Origin: Lytechinus pictus | Taxonomy: Eukaryota | Length of the DNA: 64,000 bases | NCBI RefSeq assembly: GCF_037042905.1 | Contig: NC_087247.1 | Span: forward strand, 38,812,001-38,876,000 | Reading direction: 5' to 3' | Part shown: piece after piece, positions 50,301 through 60,775 of the stretch | How the letters are laid out: each line of letters opens with the position of its first letter | Position numbering within the stretch: the first letter of the stretch is position 1 | The notes under the pieces: generated by a model | The model's input: the letters and a program-made list of their open reading frames with translations, nothing else | Databases searched by the model: none | Told to the model about the DNA's origin: nothing | Translations under genes and position numbers: made by a program

Positions 50301-52494
50301 AGGGGGTAGACTTCTTCTCTGGCCTGACTACGGCATGATGACTGATGTAATGCACCGGGCCTTGATAGTTCTTCATCTCTTCTTGAGTCAACTTTCTTGA
50401 AAACCCCATATCTTTCATCTCTTTCATTTGCTTGCTGTAGGCCTCTGCATACTCGGGATTTTTGACCAGTTTCTTCTCAGTTCCAGCAAGCATCCTCTCT
50501 GCCTGCATCTTATTATCAGGTAGATGACTTGGATCCCTCTTCCAAGGATAAGGGATCATCCACTGACGTCCTACTTTCTGGCAGGAAGCATTGATGACAT
50601 CGTATTCATCTTTTTCTACTTTACTCAGTTTGGGTGGGTAACACTGGCAGGATGAAGACTCAACACCCATACTCTCTGTACTCCAAAATTCTGTCAGATC
50701 AGTCACTTGGGTTACCTGCATATGGAGTACTCTACTTGGTAACTGCTGTCTGGTGCTGAGAGGTCCAAACACCACCCATCCAATTGGAGACTTGCGGGCG
50801 ATACATTTAATTCCCTGTCTGGTTTGACCTGCATGCATCTGTACATGGTCCAATCCTATTAGCAAATCAATTGCACCACTCTTCCTATGCACTTCTTGGG
50901 GACTTAAGTGCATCTTCTTACATTCTTCCTTCAATGGTACCTCAGAAATATCATTGCTGATGTGTGGCAGTCCTATTGCGGTCACATAATGCCTTTGGTT
51001 ACTACCAATAGCTTGAACTGGGAATCGATATATCTCTGTCTGGACTTGCTCCTCATCACAGCCAATCTTGGTGATAGTGACCGAGACTTTCTTTCCCTTC
51101 AGTCTCAGTCTGTCAGCTACTTCCTGTCGCACGATACTTAACTGTGATCCGGAGTCGAGTAGTACATTTCCTTCAATCCGTTCCTGCTTACTGGGAGAAA
51201 CTATCTCAGCAGTAACAACTGGCAACAGTGTATCTGTATTGGTGGTGATAGCTACACCCACAGTGTTACTCTGTTCTTCTGACCTATGAAGCAGAGGATG
51301 ATGGAAGTATCTGCATTGCTGACCTCCAGTCACTTCACTGCATTGCTTTCTTCTCTTGCAGGTATTCATTCTATGATCCTTGCCCGCCTTTTTAAGACAG
51401 CTAAAGCAGGCTTGATTCTTCTTAGCCACATTCAAACGGTCAGACTGGGTCATACTAAGAAGCTTTTTACACTGGTCAGTCCAATGATCTGATGTCATAC
51501 AAAGCCAACACTTGAAGAACATAACATCTGGTTTAGCAGAATTACTCTGGACACTGCTGACTTGAAACACTTTTCCGGCTTTCTTCTCTTCAGCACGCAC
51601 TGGGGCTGCGGCTCTCATCCGAGACTTCATCTCAGATGTCATCCACTCTATGAGGTAACTTAAACATGCTGGCTTTCCATCTTGCTCCAAGTGCCGGAAC
51701 CATACTCTCCTATCATCGACATGCATCTTCCGTTCAATGAGAGCAAGAACTTGACTATTGTCCATGTCTTGTGGACGATTCACTGCTTGTAGACAATGAT
51801 AACTTCTGCGAACTAGATGGACAAGATCGCAGAACCTGGCATCTTCTCCACATTTTAAACCCTTGAACTGGTTTAAATCATAGACTACTGCGTCTGCGAC
51901 AAATCTAGGATCCCCATATATTGAGTCGAGATATGCAATAGCTGAGTCAAAATCTTCACCGATACCTCTTATCATCTCCTGGGCCTTTCCTTGAAGACAG
52001 GATCGGAGTAAACTAATCATATCTCTCTTGGTATATCTGCCTTCTGTCATATGGATGAAGTCTTTCCTGAAAATATGATAATCACGAACATCTCCAGTAA
52101 ACCTTGGTAACTTAGTTTTCTCTAACTTGACAATGGATGACAATGGAGACACACTAGAAGCTTGCATCATCTGAATTTCATCCAATGGACTACTTGACTC
52201 TACATCATCTTTGCTATAGTCAGTCACCTCCATTTGCCTATTCAAGAAGGATTCCTGAATTACGTCTAACCATTTCTCCTCTGCTTCATACTGGGTGTCA
52301 TCCAAAATGGTTGCTGTGTACTTCTCGTGCACATCATTTACTTGATCATACGCTGCTTTGTATGATTCAAAGGCCTCGTTTACCTCTGATGATGGACGGT
52401 GCTGCTCCATCTGGAAGTTAAGGGCTTTCTCCATTCTTGTCAGCTTGCCCTTAGCCGTCCTTCTCTTAATCTTCAAACTCTCAGTAGTATCCAT
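47374..52494 (-). CDS. BEL/Pao Gag-Pol polyprotein (1706 aa from the first ATG; ORF track starts at GTG 52524)
   Basis: Three Zn knuckles (CWLC..H..C, CFSC..H..C, C..C..HHPLLH); protease LLDSGS; RT YMDD; RNase H FCDAS; integrase HHCC plus DDE (CDYFGP, SDNGTQF, GCVESL). Domain order PR-RT-RH-IN, no stops. Confidence 0.96.
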   Translation of the reverse strand: MDTTESLKIKRRTAKGKLTRMEKALNFQMEQHRPSSEVNEAFESYKAAYDQVNDVHEKYTATILDDTQYEAEEKWLDVIQESFLNRQMEVTDYSKDDVESSSPLDEIQMMQASSVSPLSSIVKLEKTKLPRFTGDVRDYHIFRKDFIHMTEGRYTKRDMISLLRSCLQGKAQEMIRGIGEDFDSAIAYLDSIYGDPRFVADAVVYDLNQFKGLKCGEDARFCDLVHLVRRSYHCLQAVNRPQDMDNSQVLALIERKMHVDDRRVWFRHLEQDGKPACLSYLIEWMTSEMKSRMRAAAPVRAEEKKAGKVFQVSSVQSNSAKPDVMFFKCWLCMTSDHWTDQCKKLLSMTQSDRLNVAKKNQACFSCLKKAGKDHRMNTCKRRKQCSEVTGGQQCRYFHHPLLHRSEEQSNTVGVAITTNTDTLLPVVTAEIVSPSKQERIEGNVLLDSGSQLSIVRQEVADRLRLKGKKVSVTITKIGCDEEQVQTEIYRFPVQAIGSNQRHYVTAIGLPHISNDISEVPLKEECKKMHLSPQEVHRKSGAIDLLIGLDHVQMHAGQTRQGIKCIARKSPIGWVVFGPLSTRQQLPSRVLHMQVTQVTDLTEFWSTESMGVESSSCQCYPPKLSKVEKDEYDVINASCQKVGRQWMIPYPWKRDPSHLPDNKMQAERMLAGTEKKLVKNPEYAEAYSKQMKEMKDMGFSRKLTQEEMKNYQGPVHYISHHAVVRPEKKSTPLRIVFNSSSSFHGHCLNDYWMKGPDLLKDLFGVLLRFRERPVAILGDISKMYHRVLIPEADQHVHRYLWRDLNVKQEPDVYVKKVVTFGDKPAPAMAQIALRRTAEEGRGAYPEAASVIERDTYMDDICTSVSTVEEGRNLTHDLDEVLDTGGFKVKGWISNVPLKEETVPECQTETSLLENLTEEKVLGVVWIQQQDEFSYKVKGENLTQPSEKQNSVMWTKRRILSRIAKVFDPIGFAASFLVKAKIGMQRLWEIGVGWDDELPEEISAEWDKLFNEMKALNDVRFPRSLTPSQSVGVPMLVVFCDASEEAFGTCVYIRWKLTDDEYDVRFIAAKSRVAPLKKLTLPRLELQAAVMATRLYTAIKEELTLELDSAVFMTDSMIVLGWIRSKARAYKPFVSARVGEIQTNSNPSWWRHVPGEQNPADDISRGIPPEKLTERWENGPEFLYWHENRWPSTEETPDSREVEKEKRKVHQVALAEVQSEPIDCKKFSRWRKLVRVTAYVQRFVRNLKARCNKAPDTDIQPSDSKQISPSELENAETLWIKRAQRELHDRYKKGEFKTLSPYIKEGIIRVGGRVGERVVSYDERHPVLLPHQHHISTLIVSYFHEQGHEGVATTAAKVRQKYWIVGVQRIAKTVKYKCVVCRKSEHRVESQFMADLPSHRLAPYTPPFYYTSCDYFGPYQVRVGRNKTMKHYGVIFTCLNTRAVYLDVAVDCSTMEFLQVFRRFVAVRGYPAVIYSDNGTQFVGAEKELRAMVQGWSESQLREFCAERGIQWKFVTPSAPHQNGCVESLVKSCKIALRKAIGDQILRPFELLTCLTEVANLVNQRPIGRVPNDPDDGSYLSPNDLLLGRASTSVPQGPFRETPNPRHRVEFVQRIINSFWKVWNRDVFPLLVPRRKWNVEKRNVRVGDIVLMSDPNSVRGKWTLGKIVNVYPGSDNKIRNVKVKTKNNEYRRPVTKIVVLYPVEGYKD

Positions 52495-52554
52495 GCTTCC
52501 TTCTCTGTCACGTTCCCGTAGCACCTCAGGATGGTTTCGTGAAAATTGAATTGA

Positions 52555-54168
52555 TGGATCGTTGACAAAAAGGGACTATTTCAGATGGCAAATTCCGCTT
52601 GGGATTGTATAAGTATACAACGGTCAACTGAGCTGGCCTCCGAAGAACCGATGTAACTGTGTTTTTTCAATCTATGGAGTTAAAAGAAAAAGAGGGAAAA
52701 ACATCCTCAGTTTCAAGACCATAAATGTATCACTGAATGTTACGTGGTTTACATAACTTCCTAAATTGTCATGAACCAAATGCATATTTGACTTTACAGT
52801 CTGAATCAAATTGTTTATAAAAGATCTGAAGTCTTTGCTTTTACTTTCATGATGTCATGTTTGCATTAATTACTTGACAAATAAATTGAATATTGCTGGT
52901 AAAAATAATCCTCTATGTCTGAACAGGTGTCTTCCTTGTTTAACTTGTTTCAGTTAGAGTTTTAGTTAAATTTCTCAATCTGAGAACTCCAAATATCCTA
53001 CTTGTGACATCATGAGTAAACAAACACCTCAAATATAGCAATGGTTAACATTGAATCTCAAATGCCTACCGTAAACATGAGCCAACTGGCATCAATTATT
53101 CATAGTCAAAAATGACTGAAGCAGTTAAAAAATGATGCATCTTTGTTGCATTTAAAATCTGCCAAAGACAAATCTAAACGTCTGAAAGAAGACTAATATT
53201 TGCATTTTCCTATCTGTGCAATTTGCACTTATAAAACAAAACATGCCAATGTTTGGTGCATAATTTATCCTTTTTTCAGAAATAATTATGTTTTTCCTAA
53301 ATTTGCAAATCCTTTACTTTCACAAAACCTTACTTTTGGTTTGAGCAATATCTATTATTAAAAATCAACTAATTCAAAGAGTGTATTTCTCACAAATTCT
53401 GAACCTAGATATTGAGCAAGAACACACATGTGTTATCTTCAATATTAATATCGACTCTTGCTTTTAAACTGTAATCTCACTATTTTTACGAAGCATGGGA
53501 ATTTTGTTTGTTATTCTCATGCATACTCTTCATCTAACACAATGCCTGAAAATGTTCATCTCATTTTCTGTTTAAAAACAAATTACTTCTTGGGCTTATG
53601 TCTGTTTATAATTTACAGACTAGTTTAAAACAAATACATTATCTTGCTTCTGTTTATCATTTTACATGTATCATAACCCTTAGTTTATAAACTAAATGTG
53701 CAGATTCAGAATAGAAAGTGTATCTTATAACTTTTTGACTTTCAATCTTTTAATCTGTTTTGTCTTTTGCCATTACCGCACTAAAAGAAAATACAAGCAT
53801 TGAACCTAGCCGCTTGCAATGGGCGCTTTAAACATGCGTTAAAACTTTCACTTGACTCGAACACTTTCCGTTCCAAATTTTCACATTTGTACATTACATA
53901 AATGGATCTTGTTTAACTCATACTTTACTCACTTTCTTGGCGGAAAGTACCAATAACTCGAAAAGTCAGAAATGAAACCTCACGGTCTCATTTTCCTAAA
54001 AAACTACAGCGAAACAGCTCCAAACATGCTCGCTGCACATGTCGATAACTGCCTAATTTTAACAGGCCAATTTTGCAGTCAACGTAAACTTCTAAGGTGT
54101 CTTCAAATTATGCCTTCTGAACTAAACCAAAAGAAATACATATGAAAAAATACTTGTTCAACGAAACA
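52555..54168 (-). repeat. 5' LTR (1614 bp)
   Basis: Imperfect inverted termini TGTTTCGTTGA / TGGATCGTTGA. Confidence 0.95.
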
Positions 54169-54357
54169 GTTTCCAATACTTGTTAAGGGTATGGTTTCAC
54201 ACGCCAATACTTGTTAAGGGGTGCATTTTCAGAATATGGAAAATACGTGTTTAGGGTGCTTTTCGAGACCCGGCCATGGTCGCGCATGGTATCCACTCGT
54301 CAATGGAAGTGCCCCCCCCCCCCCGGCACTGCAAGCAAGCGGCAAGCAAGTAGGCCC
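54169..54357 (+). repeat. Right copy of the ~190-bp flanking direct repeat
   Basis: Begins immediately after the LTR terminal CA. Confidence 0.92.
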
Positions 54358-54812
54358 ATCTGGTGCTGGTCACCTTGGTCGTTTCTTTATCTTTTTCAAA
54401 ATAGTATTCTACTGTTATCTTTTGTACATATGTATTCCCACAAATCATAATCATTTTTTTTCCATGTATACTCTGATGATTTATTTTGATATGATCCTAG
54501 ATTGCATTCCCTCGCATTCCACTAAACACCCGGGCACCAACACCAACACTACTAATGGCATGCATTCTTCTCCTCCACATCATCATCTCCACCGAAATCT
54601 CTTAAGTCTATTTATGAACACACAGTCATCATTCCCCTCATCATTGCTATCCATCTATCAGGCCTTCGCTTCAGCATCATTACCACCAATCAAATCACGT
54701 CACCGCCTGTAACGATCTCTCTCTCGATCTCCGATCCATATCCCGATAAGACAATTTACCCACAACTTACTGCCTACTTGAATACTGTTATCTGCAAGTT
54801 AGCTCCGTGGTA

Positions 54813-57800
54813 ATGGCGAATTCCAATGCTCGTGATGGTGAATTGGTTGAAGAGGTGGGTATGCTTGTCAAAATTTAATCTTGGAAGCTGGTTGGCAAGC
54901 TAATTCAAAGAGCTAACCACAGTCCACACGTATGAGGTGAATGCAGAACACCGACCATAATGCGATTGCTCAATTGGCAACTGGATGATATGCGCGGGGG
55001 GACTAATGCCTAATGGGGATAAGGGGACGGGATATTATTACGTATGGGACTGTAGATAGTGATTAGGTCTGGTGCTACTTGCCAGTGCTGTGTGATTTCT
55101 GCAAAAATCATCAAATTGGGTAAAAAAAATTATATAGATCTACAGGGATTACGGGAGACTATTTTGCATTCACAATCACAATTTATGGCTAGGCTTACCG
55201 GCTTTAGATTCCCGGCATGTTGGTAATCCTGGGTTTTATGGGGACCCGATCTGCCCGATGAGGACTAAATTATTGCACCCATAAGTCAGGTCCTCTGGCC
55301 ACTAAATTCACCAAACTCACACACCATCATTTATTATTGATGGCCCCTTCCCGACCCCACCTCCCGGCTCCCTATACTCGTGCCAGAGGGGGTGGCAGTG
55401 GCAGTATGGTAGGAACTACCCCTTATCGACCACCTCTTCTAAGCATCGTATTTGCGAAAATATCAGTTTTATCTAGTTTTTGTCTCATTTGTGCAGAAAA
55501 TTGAGCAGATTAGATTCCCATGTTTCGATCACAGACTCCGATTCAATTCACGTATATATTGGCGAACAACGAATACGACGATTTTACATTTGCTCATTTG
55601 AACCCTTCTTTTTAAATTGACCACCCGCAATACACTAAGTTTACGGCCGATTCTTGTCGCGGTGGCGAAATATTTTGACTCTTCCAAATCAGTTCTATGA
55701 TGTCAACATGCTAATTCGTCTCACTACTTCCACTGCGAGCTCCGGCACATGATTCAACGATTGACGACGGATATTTGTTCTAAAGCTCAGTGGCAGACCG
55801 TGACCAGGAGGAGACAAAGCATTGGAGGGGCACAGCATTGTTCATAAAGAATACAGTGCCCCTCCAATCATTTGTCTCCTTCGGGTCACGGTCCGCTACT
55901 GCTAAAGCTGTTTTCTATCGGATTTCTTGGTATGATCAACTGTTTTTCGGCGAAGTTCGGGTCTAGTCAAAACAATTTTGATAAATTCTACTATTTTTTT
56001 TTACCTTTTTCCCCTTCTTTTTCTCTCGTAAAATCGATTCTTACCATTCCTATGGAGACTGCGCGCAAGGTGGTCAGTTTCAAAAGAGGTGGTCTCACTA
56101 TACCCGGGGGGGGGGGGGGGGCAAGCAAATATATTGCTGTACACAACGAGTGCAGACGGGCCGCGCCTGCACTCGTTAAGGATATAAAAAACACTGACTT
56201 AAGAAAAAGGGTGATTTTGAAAGACTAGGGCCCGTTTCTCAACACATGGACAAGTTAGTCATATCTTTATCCACCAACCACGGAGTTAGTTCCAATCTTA
56301 CTGAACCTGTTTCTCGAAAGGCTTCCTAACTAGAATACCTTGATATCGATATTATCGGTAAAAAGAGCAGACGAGACGTAGCCTTAGTCACAAAATAGCA
56401 TAATTTTCAAAAAGCAAAAATTATGACAAAATTGCAAATATTGTGATGAATTGGGAAATAAATCTTTTCGAAATAATAGCACAGGTGAATTATGCATCAT
56501 ACATACTTAGACCATGAAGACTGAAGCATTCAATTGCAGAAAAATTAAATTCTGAATAATTCATTTCATGACTAAAAAATCACTTGTGGAAGTTGAGATG
56601 GGTACCCCCGGGATATCAAATTTTAATAGTTTACGAAAGTAAACCTTAACGGTTTTCTTTGTAAAATGATGATAATTATACGTTCTTTTATGACTCCGAA
56701 AGTCATCAAAATGATAGTTTAACAAAACATTTTTAATAATTGATACCGAAACATACAAAATTTGACAAATTATATGCATAAATTAGAGATAGAATTTATC
56801 CAACTGTTAACATGATTAATAGGGGTCTGAAAACAACAAATACGAGTTCAGTTATGGATGGCCTGACGTGGTAGAATCTTTATAGATTAAATCATTTTAC
56901 TATTTCAAACTGAATGGTTTTGTGGCGTTTTACCAACAGTTTTTATAGTTTCTTTGTATTACAATTATCATTGAATGCATTATCCGCCACTTGTTTTGTG
57001 ATGTAATTTCAACCTCTATGATTGATTACGTAAGATTGTAATTTTAAAATTTCTAGGCACTTTTGCATGTCATAGTCTACCCACGTGATGCCACTACGTC
57101 ATTAAGAAAGAAGTTATGACAGGTTCGGAGGTGTCATAAATATGTAGTGACGTTGTTGTACCCGATCTTGGTAAAGAGGGCTTTGTGAAACGGGTCAAAT
57201 GTATCAAGGGTATTTTTTTCCAAAGCTTTTTTTTCTTAAAGACTAGCCAAATGTGTTTAGGGTATGTTTTTTCCCCGGGGTCATATTCTGGCGACAGCTT
57301 GTTTAGGGGCCAAAATGTGTAAATAAAGCCCGCAAAAAACTTGTTTAGGGGGTTATTTTGCACACACAGAAAAAACTAGTTTGGGGGGTATTTGGAAATA
57401 ATTTTGTCACGCATGTGTACAGCAATACATTTGACTGCCTCCCCCCGGGCAGTACCGGTGGGAATGGGGAGGGCTAATTATCAATTATTTTACAATGTGA
57501 TAAGCTGGGATGAGTTGGGTGAAGTTATTAGCGACCACTTTAGTGTGATAAAACCCAGGTTTACCCCCATCTCAATTCTATGGATGAATGTCTAACGGAC
57601 AGCATGAAGCCTGACATTGAGGCAGTAGCCAGACCCTTAAAAAAGGGAGGGGGAAGGCCGCGTTCGTTCACTCACTTTCAGAATTGCAAACAAAACTGGC
57701 CAATCGATATACCGAGGGCGCATGCCCAAATAGACTCGGCCAAATTTGTGCATGTGCCCTTGGTATATCGATCAGCCAGTTTTCTTGTTCCATCGTGATT

Positions 57801-60775
57801 TTAAATTTATTCATGTTCTGTGTAGACTATATTCTAAAAGTTGATGCATGATTTTGCACTTTCCAGTATCACAGAGCTAGAGACTAGAGTGAACATTAAA
57901 TTGTGTAATAATGCAGGCGAGACTGCTGGAGGTGTTCCACTTGTTTATAATCAATGATGCTCTGTGTTTGAATCTACTTTATGTAATTAAGTGTTGCTAT
58001 GTCAGGTAATTCTTATTTATAAAGGCATGCTTATTTTGAAGTCAAATTTTAGGAGTGCAGACCATTAGTCATTTATATGGATGGATATTGGATAAATACT
58101 TCTCTTTTTTGTTAATTATTTTCAGGAGCATCTTGTTTTGATTGAGTTGACTGGAGTGCTTGATTACCAGTATTTCGCAAAGTCAGACAAAGTTTGCAAG
58201 TTTTTGGTAAGATTTTTACATTATTATTAGTATAAAGCTTGTAAAATGATATCATGATCGATATGATTTTCTCTGAATGATAGTTTTAATTTATTACATT
58301 TTAATGAATTTGAGTGGGGGCTTATAATATACCTTCTATATCCTTGATTGCTTTAATAAAATGAGTGCATAGTGCAAATGCATAGTCTTATCTCACTTTT
58401 TCAACAGCCATTACTATTGCCAGTCAAATGATTTCAAACTTTCACCATTCTGTTTTTTCTTTCTCCTTTCACACAAATAATTTTATTACAAAAGCTGAAT
58501 CCCTTTTGATATATTTTAGTTCATTTTATAAACAAGCAAATATAACTTAAAATCTCTTAAAAGACTGAGGGAAAGAATGATTTTTATAAAATTTATTTTT
58601 ATTCTCTTTATGCTTGATTAAAGTTGTAATTAAGAATTCACCCTGTAGACATCTAAGACACATGTAACTCTTAAACCTTTTTTAAGATGCATTAGTATAT
58701 ATACACTAGCTGCAGGAGTGTATTTCTCAGTCTCATAAAATGGTATTAAGTATCATTCATTGATTTTTCCTCATTTTACTGCATTCTAGGGCCTTGGAAC
58801 AGAAAATCCTATATTACAAATTGGAAATTACATCTTCAAAGGAGAATACAAGAAGAATATGGGTACAGCAGTCTTCTTTGAACAAGGTAGGCAAACAAGC
58901 TATACAAGGTGGATCAAGAAAAAGGAAACCCAACTTTGAGATCTGTTGTGTGAGGAAAATATAAAATGTGTGTGAAGTGAAATATTTACAAAAATTTCAG
59001 ATAGGCTTTGATAAGCTCAGTTGTCAAAATTACAAATCCCAACTTTTCATCCAATGCCAAGCATACTGATCATCTGGGTCTCAACTGAAAAGGTATTTGA
59101 TGAATTAAAGAATAGAGCATCTTTACCAGAGTCTAGGTGTCACATTCCAATTTCATTTAAATATGAAATTTCATTTCTTCATTATAAATCAATTCTTAGT
59201 TTTAAAATATATATTATTAAAGATATTGGAAATGATTTCAATATTGAAATGCAAAAGTTGAACAAACAGGTAAGAAAGTATTGCTAAGCATGCTCTGAGA
59301 TTGGATGATGTATTTTTTATTTTTAGAAAATGACACAAGTAATGACTGGAAGTACAAATGCTCTACGGATAAGATGCTTGAGATGCAAAGAGTTTTTCTT
59401 CAACCTAAAGAAAATGTGATCGGTAAGAACCTATTGTACTACTTGATCTTTTAGATGGAGGTAGGGGGTCACAAATTTAAATTGGAGGAGTCTAACTCAT
59501 GACATCCCAAACAAGGCACTATTCTGATCTCAAGTAAGGTTTATACAAATTTTGTTTTTTTTGCGGATATATGACTGTTGTGACTGTATTACAGATCTGA
59601 AGTACTAATGGAGTTAATGTAAAAAAAATTGGCATACTGACACTTCTTGTTTTATTCTTAATTCTTCTTCATACCACTGTAATATTTTAGCTGCTGTATG
59701 TCGTGAATAAAAGTAATGTAAGGATATTGTGGTTTCAGACAGAAAATGCATCTAAAGTCCAGTTTGTGATATATAATTCTGTTTCAAATTCAGCAACAGT
59801 TTTCTAAAATATAATCAACTGAAAGCACAGAATTGAGGCCGGACAACTTTACAGGTGACCGTTTTATAAAGCTGTTCGTAAGTAACGTGTGACTTTAAGA
59901 ACGACTGGCGATCCATTCTTGTGGTAAATGAAATTCATCATGAAATGTTCATTGATGATTATTTTGCACATAAGGTTCATTAGTCATTGTTAAAGTCGCT
60001 CTTAACTTACAAACAGCTTTATGAAACACCCACCCACCCGGATCAAACAAAGAAGTTAAAGTACATTCTCAATTTTTTTAAAAAAGGTCAAAATATTGTC
60101 TTTCTTGCATAACAAACCCCCCCCCCCAAAAAAAAAAAAAGGAAGCTGGTGACCACATTCAGACTACAAATTATTGGGTGTGTGCCCCCTACTGTGACAT
60201 TTTTTGCAAATCCAATCAGAAACATGTACTTTGTGGGGGCACTTTGATGGTTATGGCACCTTGATAGAGTATAATTTGCCTGCTTTACAAAATTTGCTCA
60301 TTCTTCGGAAGACAACAAGAGTATACTCGTCGAAACGTATGCCCGCAAAAGAATACATGGTGTAGCGTGAAGCCTCTAGACTGACTACTCTAAAGGTTGT
60401 GCCTTGGAATAAAGGAAATGATTGTTTCTATTCAAAAGCTGACTGCCCAAGTCTAGAATTTTTATTTCCATGCAACATCTAACAAATGTCCAAGTAATAG
60501 CAACCCAAATGGCAAAACCAACCCAAGTCTTTGCAACATTCCTCTAAAGTCGATCAGGAAAGTGTTATAATCCCTATTTAGGTCATTATTCTTTTTTTTT
60601 TGGATAGATCATTGTTATTCAAAATATATAGATCTATCATATTACATTGATATGGCTAGGGTTTTGATTAAATTTTGCCTTTGGGCTTTTATTTTTTATG
60701 TATACAGGTAAGGAGGTGACTGGCAACCAATCTGCAACATCAGAGGATTCAACAGAGATGGAAGATGCTACCTGA
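54813..60775 (+). CDS. GTF3C6: General transcription factor IIIC subunit 6 (TFIIIC35), 5 coding exons, ~127 aa
   Basis: Exons 54813-54854 (MANSNARDGELVEE), 58126-58206 (EHLVLIELTGVLDYQYFAKSDKVCKFL), 58790-58886 (GLGTENPILQIGNYIFKGEYKKNMGTAVFFEQ), 59327-59422 (..WKYKCSTDKMLEMQRVFLQPK..), 60708-60775. Splicing is GT-AG with consistent phases. It matches the GTF3C6 pattern LVLVEL.G..C..LG..T..P.LQ....F.GEY....GT...FE..YKC.T.K.L.M.R..L. First and last exons are less certain. Not in the ORF track. Confidence 0.82.
55788..55901. mobile_element. 114-bp palindromic hAT-type MITE
   Basis: CAGTGG..CTACTG termini; perfect 8-bp TSD CTAAAGCT. Confidence 0.82.
56103..57449. mobile_element. CCCGGG-ended TIR element in GTF3C6 intron 1, with probable nested insertion(s)
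   Basis: TIRs CCCGG(G)nCAAGCAAATATATTGCTGTACACA / TGTGTACAGCAATACATTTGACTGCCTCCCCCCGGG; TGTTTAGGG motifs shared with the 45065 family; no clear TSD. Confidence 0.65.

Larger units (their letters stand above)
45698..54168 (-). mobile_element. Full-length BEL/Pao LTR retrotransposon (8471 bp)
   Basis: Two 1614-bp TG..CA LTRs; single gag-pol ORF; polypurine tract GGGGCGGTGGA (47322-47312) abutting the 3' LTR. Confidence 0.96.

Noticed and set aside
47573-52549. Plus-strand ORFs inside the retrotransposon
   Set aside because: Short antisense shadows of gag-pol with no recognisable domains.
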